A stretch of DNA of 64,000 nt, from assembly GCA_964234715.1 (NCBI GenBank), contig OZ174281.1, one strand, 5' to 3'. The DNA is from Podarcis melisellensis. Taxonomy: Eukaryota. Every line of letters begins with the position of its first letter. Positions within the stretch are counted from its first letter, which is position 1. Made by a program: the position numbers and the translations under genes. Shown one piece after another: positions 36,390-48,130 of the stretch. The notes under the pieces were generated by a model. The model had not been told where the DNA came from and ran no database searches. It worked only from the letters and a program-made list of their open reading frames with translations.

Positions 36390-36816
36390 TGTTAGAATTC
36401 CTGCTCCATGACTGCAGTCATGGGATTGTTGTCTATCACAGGACGGTATATGTTTTGACTCCACAGAGTGGGAAGTGACAGAGACAGGATGTTTGTGTTA
36501 CTGTGTTCCGTGAAGTGGGACTATTGTCCCTTGTCTGATGCTAGAGAGAGGGAGCCATGTTGCAGTGCTCCGTGTGTGTTTATATGCAAATAAAGTAGAT
36601 TAGCCAAAATGTTGAGTTCCTGAGGTCTGTTATGCATGATGCACAAACTCTGCAGATCCCTAAGTGTGCCGGTGTCGGTTGGCATTGGTCTCTGTGATGT
36701 TCGGGCTGAAGAAAGCTTTTGAAGCTCCCGAACAATCGACCAGGAGGGAGGGAACATGCCAGTCGGGCGTGTGTCTCTGCCAGGGTCCGACTCAAGTGTA
36801 GGCTGAGCTCCTGACA
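36390..36816 (+). mobile_element. Solo LTR, 427 bp (Gypsy-like)
   Basis: TGTTAG...CTGACA; 5-bp TSD gaaac at 36385-36389 and 36817-36821; AATAAA 36589. Confidence 0.87.
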
Positions 36817-37777
36817 GAAACCAGCAAAATTGCAAAGTCACCCACTGAAAATGGCCTGGTGGTGCCAACCAAGGGGTCTTCCCACACTGTGGGTGAGTGA
36901 ATGAGTCTATGACTGCCTGTCTCCCCTGGTGTTGTTGTTGTTGTTGTTGTTATACCACCCTCCATCCATAGACCTCAGGGCATGTCACAACATAGCAGTC
37001 ACAGCATACAAAACAGCCACACAATAAATAACCATAGACCCCTCCACCTGAGCTGGGAACGTGTTTTAGTTGGGGGGGGGGCATAAGAGCAGCAGCAGTC
37101 CTCCTCCCCATCTGTGCCCTGCGAACTGCCAGCCTGCACACACTGAGCTAGCTTTATATGGTAAGGTCAGAGTGCAACCCACCACTCTTAGCAAATGCTT
37201 GTAGATGCAGACATCCTTGCCCACCAGCAGGGAAAGGTTGAGTTTGCAGGATCTGGCAATAAGATGGAAGGAACAGATGAATGGGTCAGAGGATGAAAAG
37301 TATCAGACTGTTAGGGCACAAATTTCTTTGAAAAAAAGGCTGCTCAATCCAAAATCACTTCAGTTCTCAGCCAAACATTTAGATACTCATAATTGTTGTT
37401 TCTTGAGCACAATATTGAATTTGTAGCTTCATAGAAAGGCTGATTGATTTATGATGCAATTATGTATTCACACAGGCTCTCATTTGAGGTTGATCAATAT
37501 CTTTGATTAATGTGCTCTTGTTTTATTGTTTATATTTGAAAGCACTGATGAAATAATTGCATTGCAGGGTGCGTATGGGGGAGGTCACAGTTACGGCTCA
37601 ACATATCTGCAATATATATTCCCAAGCATTTTACAAAAGGGATTTTTTGTGTGTCTCTTATTCAATGTTTAAGTTTTGAAACAGAGAGGTGCCAGATTTC
37701 TAGCCAGTTAAAATACCTTATATGAAATCCCTTGCTCCTAATTCAAGATGGGAGGCTAACTATATGCATATGTAGTA

Positions 37778-38003
37778 CAGTGGTACCTCGGGCTACAGAC
37801 GCTTCAGGTTACAGACTCCGCTAACCCAGAAATAGTACCTCGGGTTAAGAACTTTGCTTCAGGATGAAAACAGAAATTGTGCTCCGGCGGCGCGGTGGCA
37901 GCAGGAGGCCCCATTAGCTAAAGTGGTGCTTCAGGTTAAGAACAGTTTCAGGTTAAGTACGGACCTCCGGAACAAATTAAGTACTTAACCTGAGGTACCA
38001 CTG
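37778..38003. mobile_element. Tc1/mariner MITE
   Basis: TA-CAGTGGTACCTC...GAGGTACCACTG-TA. Confidence 0.92.
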
Positions 38004-38229
38004 TATAGCATATATGCAATAGCTTATGAAGCGGCTACACCTAGTTTTCTCACCTGAGACCATTTTAACTAAAGGTGCTAAAGACTGACCTTGAGTATTT
38101 CTTATGTGCAAGGCAAGTGTTTCAACAATCCCCATGCTTTTGATCCATTCTAGGAATGTGTCCCAGGACAATACACACCTAGAGCAGCAAGTTTTTCTGC
38201 TGTGTGGTTTAGTTTGTGGTAGCTGCAGT

Positions 38230-38550
38230 AAATGGGAGACACTCCTGCGCACAAGACATTTCTACAACAGTTTGGCCATAGTGATCCATGTTCTGGTAAC
38301 CTCCTGCTTGGATTACTGCAATACCTTATATGTGGGCCTGCCCTCAGAAGCTTCAACTGGTATAGAATATGGCTGTTTGAAGTTTGGGCTGGTAAGGTCT
38401 GGCTTATGAATGTTGTGCCAATTTTAAAAGGGCTCAGTTGTCTGCCTGTTCACATCAAGGTCCAATTCAAGGTGCCTTTACTTAACCTCACGTGGCTTGT
38501 GGCCAAAATATCAGAAAGAACGTCTACTTCCATACATAGCTGCCTTGTTT
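38230..38550 (+). mobile_element. Decayed L2 ORF2 fragment
   Basis: LAIVIHVLVTSCLDYCNTLYVGLP, then PILKGLSCLPVHIKVQFKV in another frame. Confidence 0.75.
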
Positions 38551-39118
38551 AAGAACTGACTCCCTCTTCCTAGTGATAGGGCCAGCTCAGGGCATTCTAA
38601 TCAATGGATCTCTCCAAGCAGTACTGGCTGGCTCTGTTACATAATATGATAAATAATATTCTAGATATCATCATACTGCAAACCTGGAGCAGATTCAGCT
38701 CTGGAACTTCAGTGTGGGTCATGCAGAACTTTCTCCATCCTTCACCCTACCTTGCTCCTCTAAGCAGGCCTCTCTTCAAGTTTGCTATTTATGGTTGAAT
38801 TATTTTTGGGTTGTGCTTAATTTTCCAAGATCTGTGTGAAAAGGTTGATTTGATGGCTGGTATCCTGTTTCTTTCTTAATTGGTTGTTGTTTGGCCGCTG
38901 TTCAGCCTTCAGATAAGGGCAGGCTTTGAACAAGCTGAGGTGAGAATTGAGAATCAGTGTGAACTGCCTAGACAATGTACAAGAAAGGCAGGGGTCCTGG
39001 GATGTTAACTTCATATTGGACACCACATTGTGCATTTCAGCCATGTCCTTCTCTAAGCCCTCTCTCAGCTGATAATAGGATGACCAGTTGCACCTCGCCC
39101 AAAGAGAGGAAATGCATC

Positions 39119-39155
<37 letters not shown>

Positions 39156-39554
39156 GGTTATAGATGTGCACAATATCATTCAATGACAATTTATACATAT
39201 TTATGCAAATTTAGAAATAATTACTATAATTTAAACACAGTACATCTTACCATAGTAGGGTAAATTGTGACTTGTGTGCCTACTCAGTCTGCAGACCAGC
39301 TGCTAACTGTTGATGGGCAACTCCATCACCTCTAATCTCTCTCCTTATGGTTCTTCATCTTTGAACAGGACTTGGACCAGACAGCCTTTCAAACAGATGA
39401 TCATTCTTCTGTAGAAGATTAACACAATATGAGAGTGAGTACAGCCATTGCTACTCTCCATCACCCCAGGAATTCAGGTATGTTCTGCTGGCTCTGATTG
39501 TAAGCCCGCACAATATAAATCCCCCTGCCACACACCACACACAGTGATGTTATT

Positions 39555-39803
39555 GCCAGTGTGGTGTAGTGGTTAAGAGCAGTTGACTCGTAATCTGGTG
39601 AACCGGGTTCGATTCCCTGCTTCTCCACATGCAGCTGCTGGGTAACCCTGGGCTAGTCACACTTCTCTGAAGTCTCTCAGCCTCACTCACCTCACAGAGT
39701 GTTTGTTGTGGGGGAGGAGGGGAAAGGAGATTGTTAGCCGCTTTGAGACTCTTTAGGGTAGTGATAAAGCGGGATATCAAGTCCAAACTCTTCTTTTTCT
39801 TCT
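39555..39803 (+). mobile_element. Squam3-like (Ther1/MIR-derived) tRNA SINE, young
   Basis: TGGTGTAGTGG A box, GGTTCGATTCC B box, (CTT)n tail; inverted copy at 42821-43074. Confidence 0.85.
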
Positions 39804-39821
39804 AATTACACCAAGCGGCTT

Positions 39822-39979
39822 NNNNNNNNNNNNNNNNNNNNNNNNNNNNNNNNNNNNNNNNNNNNNNNNNNNNNNNNNNNNNNNNNNNNNNNNNNNNNNN
39901 NNNNNNNNNNNNNNNNNNNNNNNNNNNNNNNNNNNNNNNNNNNNNNNNNNNNNNNNNNNNNNNNNNNNNNNNNNNNNNN
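39822..39979. other. Assembly gap (158 N)
   Basis: Run of N. Confidence 1.
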
Positions 39980-40391
39980 ATCTGTCCCCTTCTTTGTCTT
40001 CCCAAGTGCATCTCTTCCTCTACTGTATTAGTGGACTGCCTTCTGTAAAGGAGGATACATGGCTACCTTAACTGATAAATGATGGCTCCGAGACTTGTGC
40101 TTCTCTTTACATGGCCCTTCCAATTTGATAGTTGTTTCCTTACCGACTACCTTCCCTGAAACAGGAAGGCAACATGCCTTGGAGCGAGTAAAGAGTGATT
40201 GGATTACACTGAAGAATTTCTTTTAGGTTTTACAGCGTCATCTGCCTGGTTGACTTATTGCTGTGGGGTTTCAGTCGAGGGATTTCAGTTGAGGTGTGAA
40301 AGCTCCACTGCCTGGTGGAGGATGTTGAGACTTTCCAGGCAATGAGTGATGGGTCACAGCAGCCAGGACGTAATTGGCAAATTCTGTGACA

Positions 40392-40405
40392 TCACCAGGT
40401 GGCAG
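40392..40405 (+). promoter_or_regulatory. Candidate CTCF site
   Basis: TCACCAGGTGGCAG, one mismatch to the CCASYAGRKGGCRS core; motif match only. Confidence 0.4.
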
Positions 40406-41406
40406 GTCAATGCTAACAAAGACGCCTCCTTTGACACTTCAAACCTGGGACAGTCACAATGGTAAAACTTTACTGCCCACTAGAGATTTGATTCCATTCG
40501 CATTTAAAAGCAGACATACAAAATTCAGATTTTATGTGAAAAAAAGCACAGCCGTTCTTCAAAATGTGCACTTACCTGAATTTTGCAGAGCCATTCTCCA
40601 GCTAGGTAACATGGACAAAAACGCACAGAATACGGTAGAATGTGCACATAAATGCATCAATTACTAACAAATAATAAACACACACAGATGCATTTTATTA
40701 GGAAAAATTGCTTTGCTAAAATATGTACATCAGGCCAAACTGCACACACAAAAATGTCCAGTCGAAAGTGGAGAAGGCAAGGGTGATACAGCTGTGACAG
40801 AGGAACGACAGGTGTGCTCTCTGAAAAAGTTTGATTATTGAATACTGAAGGCACTGAAATGCTAATGAATTTTCATGAGGACTTTCTTTTTTAAAAAAAA
40901 AAATCACAAACTGATGTGAAAATGCAGAGAACTGAATTGATCCTTTGCATGTTTACTTGGAGTGAAGTCTGATTGTGTTAATTGAGTCTTGCTCCCATGG
41001 ATTGCAGCCTAAATGTGCTATTTTTAACTAAAATCAGATGCATTGTGTAAGAATGGCGCTCTTGGCTTCTTAAAAAGACAACAGTGTATTTTCAAGTGAA
41101 ACTTTCATCACCAGGGGCAAGATGTGGGGGGAAACATTGCTCCTAAGAAGGCATATTTAAAACTAGTGGAAAAGACACAATGGGGGGATATGGATGAAAT
41201 TGACAGGAACAGCCTTTGTGTTTACCTCAGGAACAGCTTTCTTAGTATGGCAAAGTTGGCAAGAACGGGTGAGGTAGCAATGAGGTTGAAACTGCACGAG
41301 AACACTGGTGGAGCCAGTTAAGTACTGTTGCCAACGCATCCATGCAGCCCCAACCTCACACAGAGAACAGCTTTAGGGTTTTCTTTTCCCCCAGAGCCTG
41401 AGTGAT

Positions 41407-42470
41407 GATTTATTCATTGAATGGCTATACCACCCTTCATCCAAAGATCACAGGGTGGCTCACAACACAAAAATACAAAATGAGAAAGCCACTTCCGAGC
41501 TCGAGAGGAGGGGGCGTTGCGGGCCATCCCCTTTCCCACGCGCGCGGGGGCGGAGTTAGCCCCCGCGAGAAGAGGGAATCCCCAGGCGTGCCCGAGACCC
41601 AGCCCACCAATCGGCGAGCTGGGGAGGTGTGGCCTGGCCCCATTTAAGGCCAGGGCGCCCGGGGACCGCCCTCTTTGCCCCCGTTCCGGCTGCCCGGTTT
41701 TTGAACGTGATCGCTGCCGTGCTGCCTTCCCAGAGCTGAAATCACTTACAGGATCTCGGTCCTGGCTGAATCACTGTTGTGCCTAAAAAGGGAAGTGGCG
41801 CTCGCACGCTCGATCGGCTTTAAATTTTGAAAGGGGGTAATTGTTATGCAAATGAAGGGGGGAGGAAGCGCCATCACCTTCCCCCAATGAAAAGGGGTAG
41901 TCCGGTAGAGAACTCCGGGGGGCGTTGCCTTGTCCGAAACCTAGGGAGGTAAGGGCCTCCGGCACGCCCCCGAACGGTGACACCCGTGGGATCCTAGTTG
42001 GCGTACTTCAACAGGACTCCCACGGCTTGTGGATAACCCCTCCCGGTCCCCATGCCGGGTAGTCGATAGGAGCCAATGCCTAAGGCCAGTACCTTCCAAT
42101 TCCTGTAATCAATAAAGTTGTGGCCTTTTTATGCCCATTAACCTTAAATAATGTGTCCTGTGCCTTCATTTCTTGCGGGGAGGGGTTTCGCCATGCAACA
42201 CAAAACATATGACAAAACAAAATAAACTAATAACTCGCCTCCCACAGACACATTTAAAAGGCCATAGAGTGTTAATCAGCCAAAGTCCTGGTCACAGAGA
42301 AATGTTTCGCCTAACTATATGCAAAGAAGGTGCCAGGTGAGCCTCCTTGGAGAGAGCATTCCACAAACCAGGAGCCACCATAGAAAAGGCCCTTTCTCAT
42401 GTTGCCACCCTCTGGACCTCTCATGAAGAGCCTCAGATGATTACTGCAGGATCTGGTTTGCTTCATATGG
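41407..42470 (-). mobile_element. L2-type LINE 3' end split by the Ngaro-like repeat
   Basis: atacaaaatgagaa|cacaaaa rejoins across 41487-42198; downstream gcattccacaa...gaaaaggccc is the antisense of the RAFSVVAPxLWNxL motif. Confidence 0.7.
41487..42198 (+). mobile_element. CpG-rich DIRS/Ngaro-like solo terminal repeat, copy 1
   Basis: LTR-like order CCAAT, TATA-like TTTAAG, octamer 41846, AATAAA 42111, but no TG...CA ends and no TSD; block-wise homologous to 57996-58655. Ngaro assignment is inferred. Confidence 0.7.
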
Positions 42471-42820
42471 TGAGAAGCACCATATCTTAGGAGTCACACT
42501 GCAGATGTCTTGTCACTGATCTGCCACAGTGCCAGAGTAATTGACAGCTTTTCCTTGCTCTGGCAGGTGAATGAGGTGATCGGGAGACTTTCAGTGTTTT
42601 ATTTGTGACAGTTCAGCATGGAGAAAATCACAGAATTTTATTTTTTTTAAAAGTCAGGCTAGGTTGGATACTTTCCCCCTTTGATGGGGTTCCCACTTCA
42701 CACCAGTATTTTAAATGGTAACCTGGAGGGGCTAGCAGGTTGGGGTGGGGCCTTGTTGCTTATCTGGCCTCCCCAGTTTACCACTGGGAAATGAGAGGGG
42801 TGTATGTGAAGCAGTGTGGG

Positions 42821-43074
42821 AAGAAGAAGAGTTTGGATTTGATATCCCGCTTTATCACTACCCGAAGGAGTCTCAAAGCCGCTAACATTCTCTTTTCCCT
42901 TCCTTCCCCACAACAAAAACTCTGTGAGGTGAGTGGGGCTGAGAGACTTCAGAGAAGTGTGACTAGCCTAAGGTCACCCAGCAGCTGCATGTGGAGGATT
43001 ACGAGCACCCAGCAGCTGCATGATCACCAGATTACGAGTCTACCGCTCTTAACCACCTCACCACACTGGCTCTC
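42821..43074 (-). mobile_element. Squam3-like SINE with rearranged B-box region
   Basis: Reverse complement of the 39555-39803 family; internal duplication 42975-43038. Confidence 0.85.
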
Positions 43075-44358
43075 ACTGGGAGCCAATCAGATGCTTCTGC
43101 CACTGTGCCCTCATTATGCCAACCTTCCCATAGCCTCTCCTCTTCAGTCACTGGTAGTGACCTTTGCCATGCACTCTGCTCAGCCAGCCGCTACTGGTGG
43201 TAGCACTCCGTTGCACAAAATACACACGCAAACAAGGAAATTGAAATATTTTGAATGTACTTGCTGGCTTTCCTTTCTGGAACAACACCACCACAGTAAG
43301 ATTCAATATTAAATAGGCTGGACAAGGGTGTTCAACAGTACAATGAGCTGAACATATGGATGAGTCAGTGTATTATTATTTAAACAGGAGGCACACTCAG
43401 GTAATAGAAACTTGTTGCCTACCCACCACAGATAATGAGGGTCTCATCATTATATTTCCACATTGCATATTGGGCCATTTGCAAACAGATAAAGGCTCTT
43501 TTTTGTATGTGGTTATATGGAGAGCAATATATTCATTACTTTTGCAAGGTGGTTTCTAGTTTCTCATTTCCACTAGTTCTTATTTTTGAAGGTATGAAAT
43601 AAAATGATTAGAATGTTCCTTGTACTTCTATATTACCTCTTTCTCTTTTTTTCATTTTTGCAATGCTCATTTCATCCCGCCACAATAAAATGCCATTTAA
43701 TTTGAATTGCACTGTGAATTTGGTAATATGGAGATGTGATAGCCTTTTACTTAAATGTATGGCAGCTTCGGCTCATTTTGTGTGTTTCAGGAATAGTTTC
43801 TTCATAATTAAAGTGTCAGAAAAACACATTTGTAACAAGAATGATGAAATTCATTCGGAGCAATTTTCTGGAGAATAACTTTAAACCTTTTCTGCTCACA
43901 TAGTCTCATTTTATTGTAGTTGTCCGTATTCCTTTTATCTTTCCTCTTCTTCATTTTGGCTTTTCTTCCTATTGTTAAAAAAAATTGAGCGCTCTGACAG
44001 CACCCGATTGTCTGCATTTCTTTTGAAGTTTATGAGAGGATTTTTGTCAGCCTTTTACATGAATTCTTAAAAAATGTCAACAAATATTAACCTTGCAGAA
44101 TTCCCTGGCATATAATTCCAAATCTCCAGTGGAAACGAGCATTTACTGGCAAGAGTATAACTTTTCTTCCTTTTTCTTTTAATCTGCTCAGGCCTTTTGA
44201 GATACAAGAAGTGCTGTCACTGGCTTCGTTGCTGTCCGATGCTCAAACCATGGGTAACGATCTTTTGATTATTATTTTTTAATTCTTAAATTTATGAGTA
44301 TATTTATGTAGTTAGCTGCTTTGAACTCCTTCGGGAGGAAGAGGCAAGACAGAAAACT

Positions 44359-44362
44359 TAAT

Positions 44363-44410
<48 letters not shown>
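44359..44410. repeat. (TAA)n microsatellite
   Basis: Directly visible. Confidence 0.95.
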
Positions 44411-44413
<3 letters not shown>

Positions 44414-44511
44414 TAAAAGAAAGACAGCATTATTTGAATGTCCAAGAGTGGGGGTGTTGCACTGCTCTGTTTGGCCTGGGCAGCCTCTTGAGAGCCCTGT
44501 CCCTGAAGTAT

Positions 44512-45576
44512 TTTGTTTGTTTATTCATTGCATTTACAACCCCCCTGTTCTCCAAGGAGCTCAGGTTGGTGTACGTGGTTCTCCCTTCCTCATTTAAACT
44601 CCACAACAACCATGTGGGGAAGTTTAGGCTGAGAGACAGTGAATGGTCCAAGGTCACCAAGTGAGCTTCATGGCTGTTGCAGGACCTCCCCCCCCCCCAA
44701 ATCATTCAGTTTGTACAAACACAACACACACACACTCACACATGACCTACGCGGCGCTTCTGTTATAAATTCATAGAAAATCAGCCGTACATCGGATCTG
44801 TACCGTTCCACTTTTATTTTACACCATGTAGGAAGGACTTTCAAAGGGGGGAGACTTGACACAAGGCAGGCACAATCCCCCAAGCGTGCCAACATGTCTG
44901 CAGCGAGCCCTACCCAGTTGGCATGCCAACCTTGATGGTCCTAGACAGAAGATCAACACACTCACAAAGGACCTGCATATGGAAGTGGATTCAGTACGGA
45001 CTGAAACAAAGGACGGTGACCAGCCCTCCCCTCTGGGGGCAGGAAACAGTGAACTCCTCTTTGTCCTCAGGAATGTAATCATGGGGAGGGGGAAAGGAGG
45101 GACTGGACCAGTGACAAGACACTCAGATTACCACCACAACTCCTCCCTGAACCCCTCCTCTTTGTGATGTGTCAATGATGTAATCATGGTGTAGTTATGA
45201 TGTAGTCTTAGGGGTGCAGCATGGGGGATTAGTAGCTAATAAAAGTGTGACTTTAATGCAGCCCAATGAGATTTCGTTCCTTTATGTAACCTGTTAAACT
45301 TTGTGATCTAAGGAGGAAATAAAAGTTGGGGTCTTCTTTTGTTCAGGGCTTCCATCTTGTCCCACCTTGTGGCAGGTGGGAGTCTTGTCGCGATAGTCTT
45401 CAATAAAGACCAAGCCTACTGGCTGCTGTTTTGCTCTGGTATTCCTGGCTGGTGTCCTTGTTTTTTTGTCCAAGGGAGCCCTCAGATTTCTCCGTTAACA
45501 TGGCCAAGTGGGGATCTGAACCCTGGTCTCCAATGTCCTAGTCTGACACTGTAACCACTACTCCACCCTGGCACTC
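44512..45576 (-). mobile_element. Older Squam3/MIR-like SINE split by a solo LTR
   Basis: gagcttcatggc|caagtggggatctgaacc rejoins across 44675-45504. Confidence 0.75.
44675..45500 (+). mobile_element. Solo LTR, 826 bp (ERV-like)
   Basis: TGTTGCAGGA...TCCGTTAACA; 4-bp TSD tggc at 44671-44674 and 45501-45504; AATAAA 45402. Confidence 0.87.
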
Positions 45577-47151
45577 ACAACTTTTGCATGTTCTAACAAC
45601 AAAGCCAGGTGTTGCCTCTTATATAGTCAGGTTTGTTGGGACGAAGCCAAGTGGACCCTCCTATAGTGCAAGACAGAGACTTGGAATAAGATGCTTTTAA
45701 GGAATGGATCGTGGCTGTGTGCGCGAATCTGTGTGTGTGAATATTGTTAAAACCACACGGCATTCTTAGAAGTGAGCCCAAAAGTTATCAGAGGTAAGCA
45801 GGAGAGGAAGGTGACTCTCCTGGGAAAGCATCAGGCTACGGTGCTATAGGTTCCTCTTCAGGTCACTGACAACCCCTCTGTCCTTTGATTTTTTAGACAA
45901 CTGTCTCTCCTCCCTCTTTATTTTTACCCTGATTTCCACCAGCCTCAATCTTACAAGGTGCTTAACACCCTGCGTGAGGGTGTTGAACATCCTTTGTTCC
46001 CCCTGATGTTAATGGAATAAGAGGTTGCAGGATTAGCTCCAGAGATGCAAGAGACAAGCAATCGTAAATGGCACGATAGTCAGCTTTAGGGTTTACTCAG
46101 GCAAAGGTTAAGAATAATTGTATGAAGCAAATAAAGCATTCTGAATAATTTATCCCTTTTAAAAAATGTTTGTCCCATCCGTGCAGCTGCGTAACCATAA
46201 CGCTTTCATTAAAGAAGACACAAACGCACATGCACATCTGTGCTGAATTAAAACAGGAGCCATTTCCACCCAGAGAGGGTATGTCAGGTTGAAAGTTTTT
46301 CTTGTAGCTCCTGAAGCTTTTCCAGAACCCCCTCCCTGCAAAAATAAAACTCCCCCAAAGGGCTGAGATGGAGAGAGTACAGGCTTTGTCAAGAGCTGGT
46401 CCCCTGTTCCAGGCAGATTCCTGCTCCATTATTCATGGTCTGGCTCTAATTTGGAGGTACGTCTCCCTTGTGTTCACTTTATTAACTTACATATGACTAG
46501 ATATTTTGTTTCATGTGGAAATTGGTAGGGAAAGTTAAAATAGAAGAACTTGGAACAGAAAGCAGTGTTTTTGAAACATCTCCCCAGGCTTTTCCTCCTT
46601 AGATCACAAAGTTTAACCACTTACATAAACGAACGGAATCTCATCGAGCTGTATTAAAGTCAGACTCAGAGTGCAGACCCATTTGAAAGTAATGGGTTTC
46701 ATGACTAACTTATGACTAATTTTTTATGGCAGTACTCATTGGTATGGAGTACCGGTACCTTTCCCTTTCATCCTCCTGGCAGCCATTTTCTGCTGGCTTT
46801 CATGACACTTTTATCCATAAATGGGTACCAGCACCTCAATTTTTACCCCCACCCAAAAAGCACTGGATACAACCCATAGCAATGTTACTTTTAAAAGGTT
46901 TTGCTACGCAAAAGAGAGAGGGGCATTTAAATTGTACATTTAAGTTTGTTTTAATGGGACTGCCACTGTGTGTATTGCGAGCAGAATTTCTGGGAGTGGA
47001 ATCCCAACTACAGTGGCAAGCTGGAGTGTTTAAAAATAAATCAGCTCCTGCTTTATAAGATTTGGATTCTGTCAGTGAAAAGACAATGGAATAATGGGCC
47101 AAATATCTTCCCTGAGGCAGCAAATGAAATGGCAAAGTTTGCTGCACCAAA

Positions 47152-48130
47152 GTGACCTCTCTGGGGCACAACCTGGGCAGTATATATGGAGGTTCTGGGC
47201 TGCTCAGATGTCAAGACCCCCTCAACCTCAATGATGTGGTCCAAAGGAAATCAGAGTAATATGTTTGACACCAGCTTAGCCGCAGGAGTTGACGGAAGGA
47301 GGCATACAATACGCCATCCAACCGTCTTTGGGACTTCACTCTGGATTTGTGTACAGTTTACTTCTTAGCCTTTCCTTCTCCTGGATATATCCCTCAAGGC
47401 TGTTCCTGTGTGATGTAACATAAGCAGTCAAGTGCAACATTTCCTGTTTGCCCAGAGTGGACACACAGGGGGATGTTACTCCAGCCAGGAGGACTTCCTG
47501 TGACACCTGGTCTGAAGCATCCTCCCCCTGCGTGTGACCAGGTAGATGGGCATGACCCTGGGAGACCCCATAAAAGGGCTGGTCATGCAGCCATCTTTCT
47601 CTCACTTTGCTTTATACCATCTTGATGCTTTTGCTGTGTGCTGGCTCTCAGCCAGCAGCACATGGGCTCAATCCCCATATGGGATAAACCCACACTCTCT
47701 CCTGTAACCAGAAGCTAAAGCCTGCCTTCAGGATCGTACTGTGAACTGAATGTTAGTAAACTTCTTATTTCTTTTAAGAAAAGAGTGTTGTGTCTTTATT
47801 ATTTTTAAGAGGGAACAAAGGGGAATTTACCAGGAACAAATCCAATCTGGGCGAACCAGACTGGATTGCTTAACTGAAGAGATTTAGACGAATCTACCAA
47901 CTAGCTTCCTGAAATATACATGTACTCTGCTACCAGCTCACTAGTGTGAGCGAGGAAGGATAATATTTAATCAGTGTATTCTCTCTTACTATCCACAACA
48001 TTCCCACGGTTCCTTGGGGTTTACTCCTGAAGCTTTCCTGACAAACGTGTACAGCCATTAGGCAGAGGAGGTTTAGGATCAGAGTTTTCCTTCTCCTGGA
48101 AAGGCTACCTTCCCAGGTTGACAAGCCCCA
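47152..48130 (-). mobile_element. Probable RTE-clade LINE 5' UTR fragment split by a solo LTR
   Basis: Minus strand GGGAAGGTAGCC...CCAGGAGAAGGAAAACTCTGATCCTAAACC resembles RTE 5' leaders as I recall them; internal repeated unit. Confidence 0.5.
47407..48000 (+). mobile_element. Solo LTR, ~594 bp (ERV- or Gypsy-like)
   Basis: TGT...ACA with 4-bp TSD ttcc at 47403-47406 and 48001-48004; CATAAAA TATA-like near 47569; AGTAAA near 47755. Boundaries are less certain than for the other LTRs. Confidence 0.65.

Noticed and set aside
41900-41945. Hammerhead ribozyme suggested by GTCC-GAAAC (also 58350-58390)
   Set aside because: The required CUGANGA core is absent in both copies (CCGGTAGA, TCGTTAAA).
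41487-42198. CpG island of a host gene promoter
   Set aside because: It interrupts an L2 fragment cleanly and has a homologue at 57996-58655, so it is a mobile repeat.
45952-45994. Hairpin AACACCCT-GCGTG-AGGGTGTT as a pre-miRNA
   Set aside because: Too short and not recognisable as a known miRNA; more likely chance or a MITE remnant.
47401-47838. Alternative LTR boundaries using the TGTTCCTG/CAGGAACA inverted repeat
   Set aside because: No TSD (aggc vs aatc), whereas 47407-48000 has a ttcc TSD and restores the host element.
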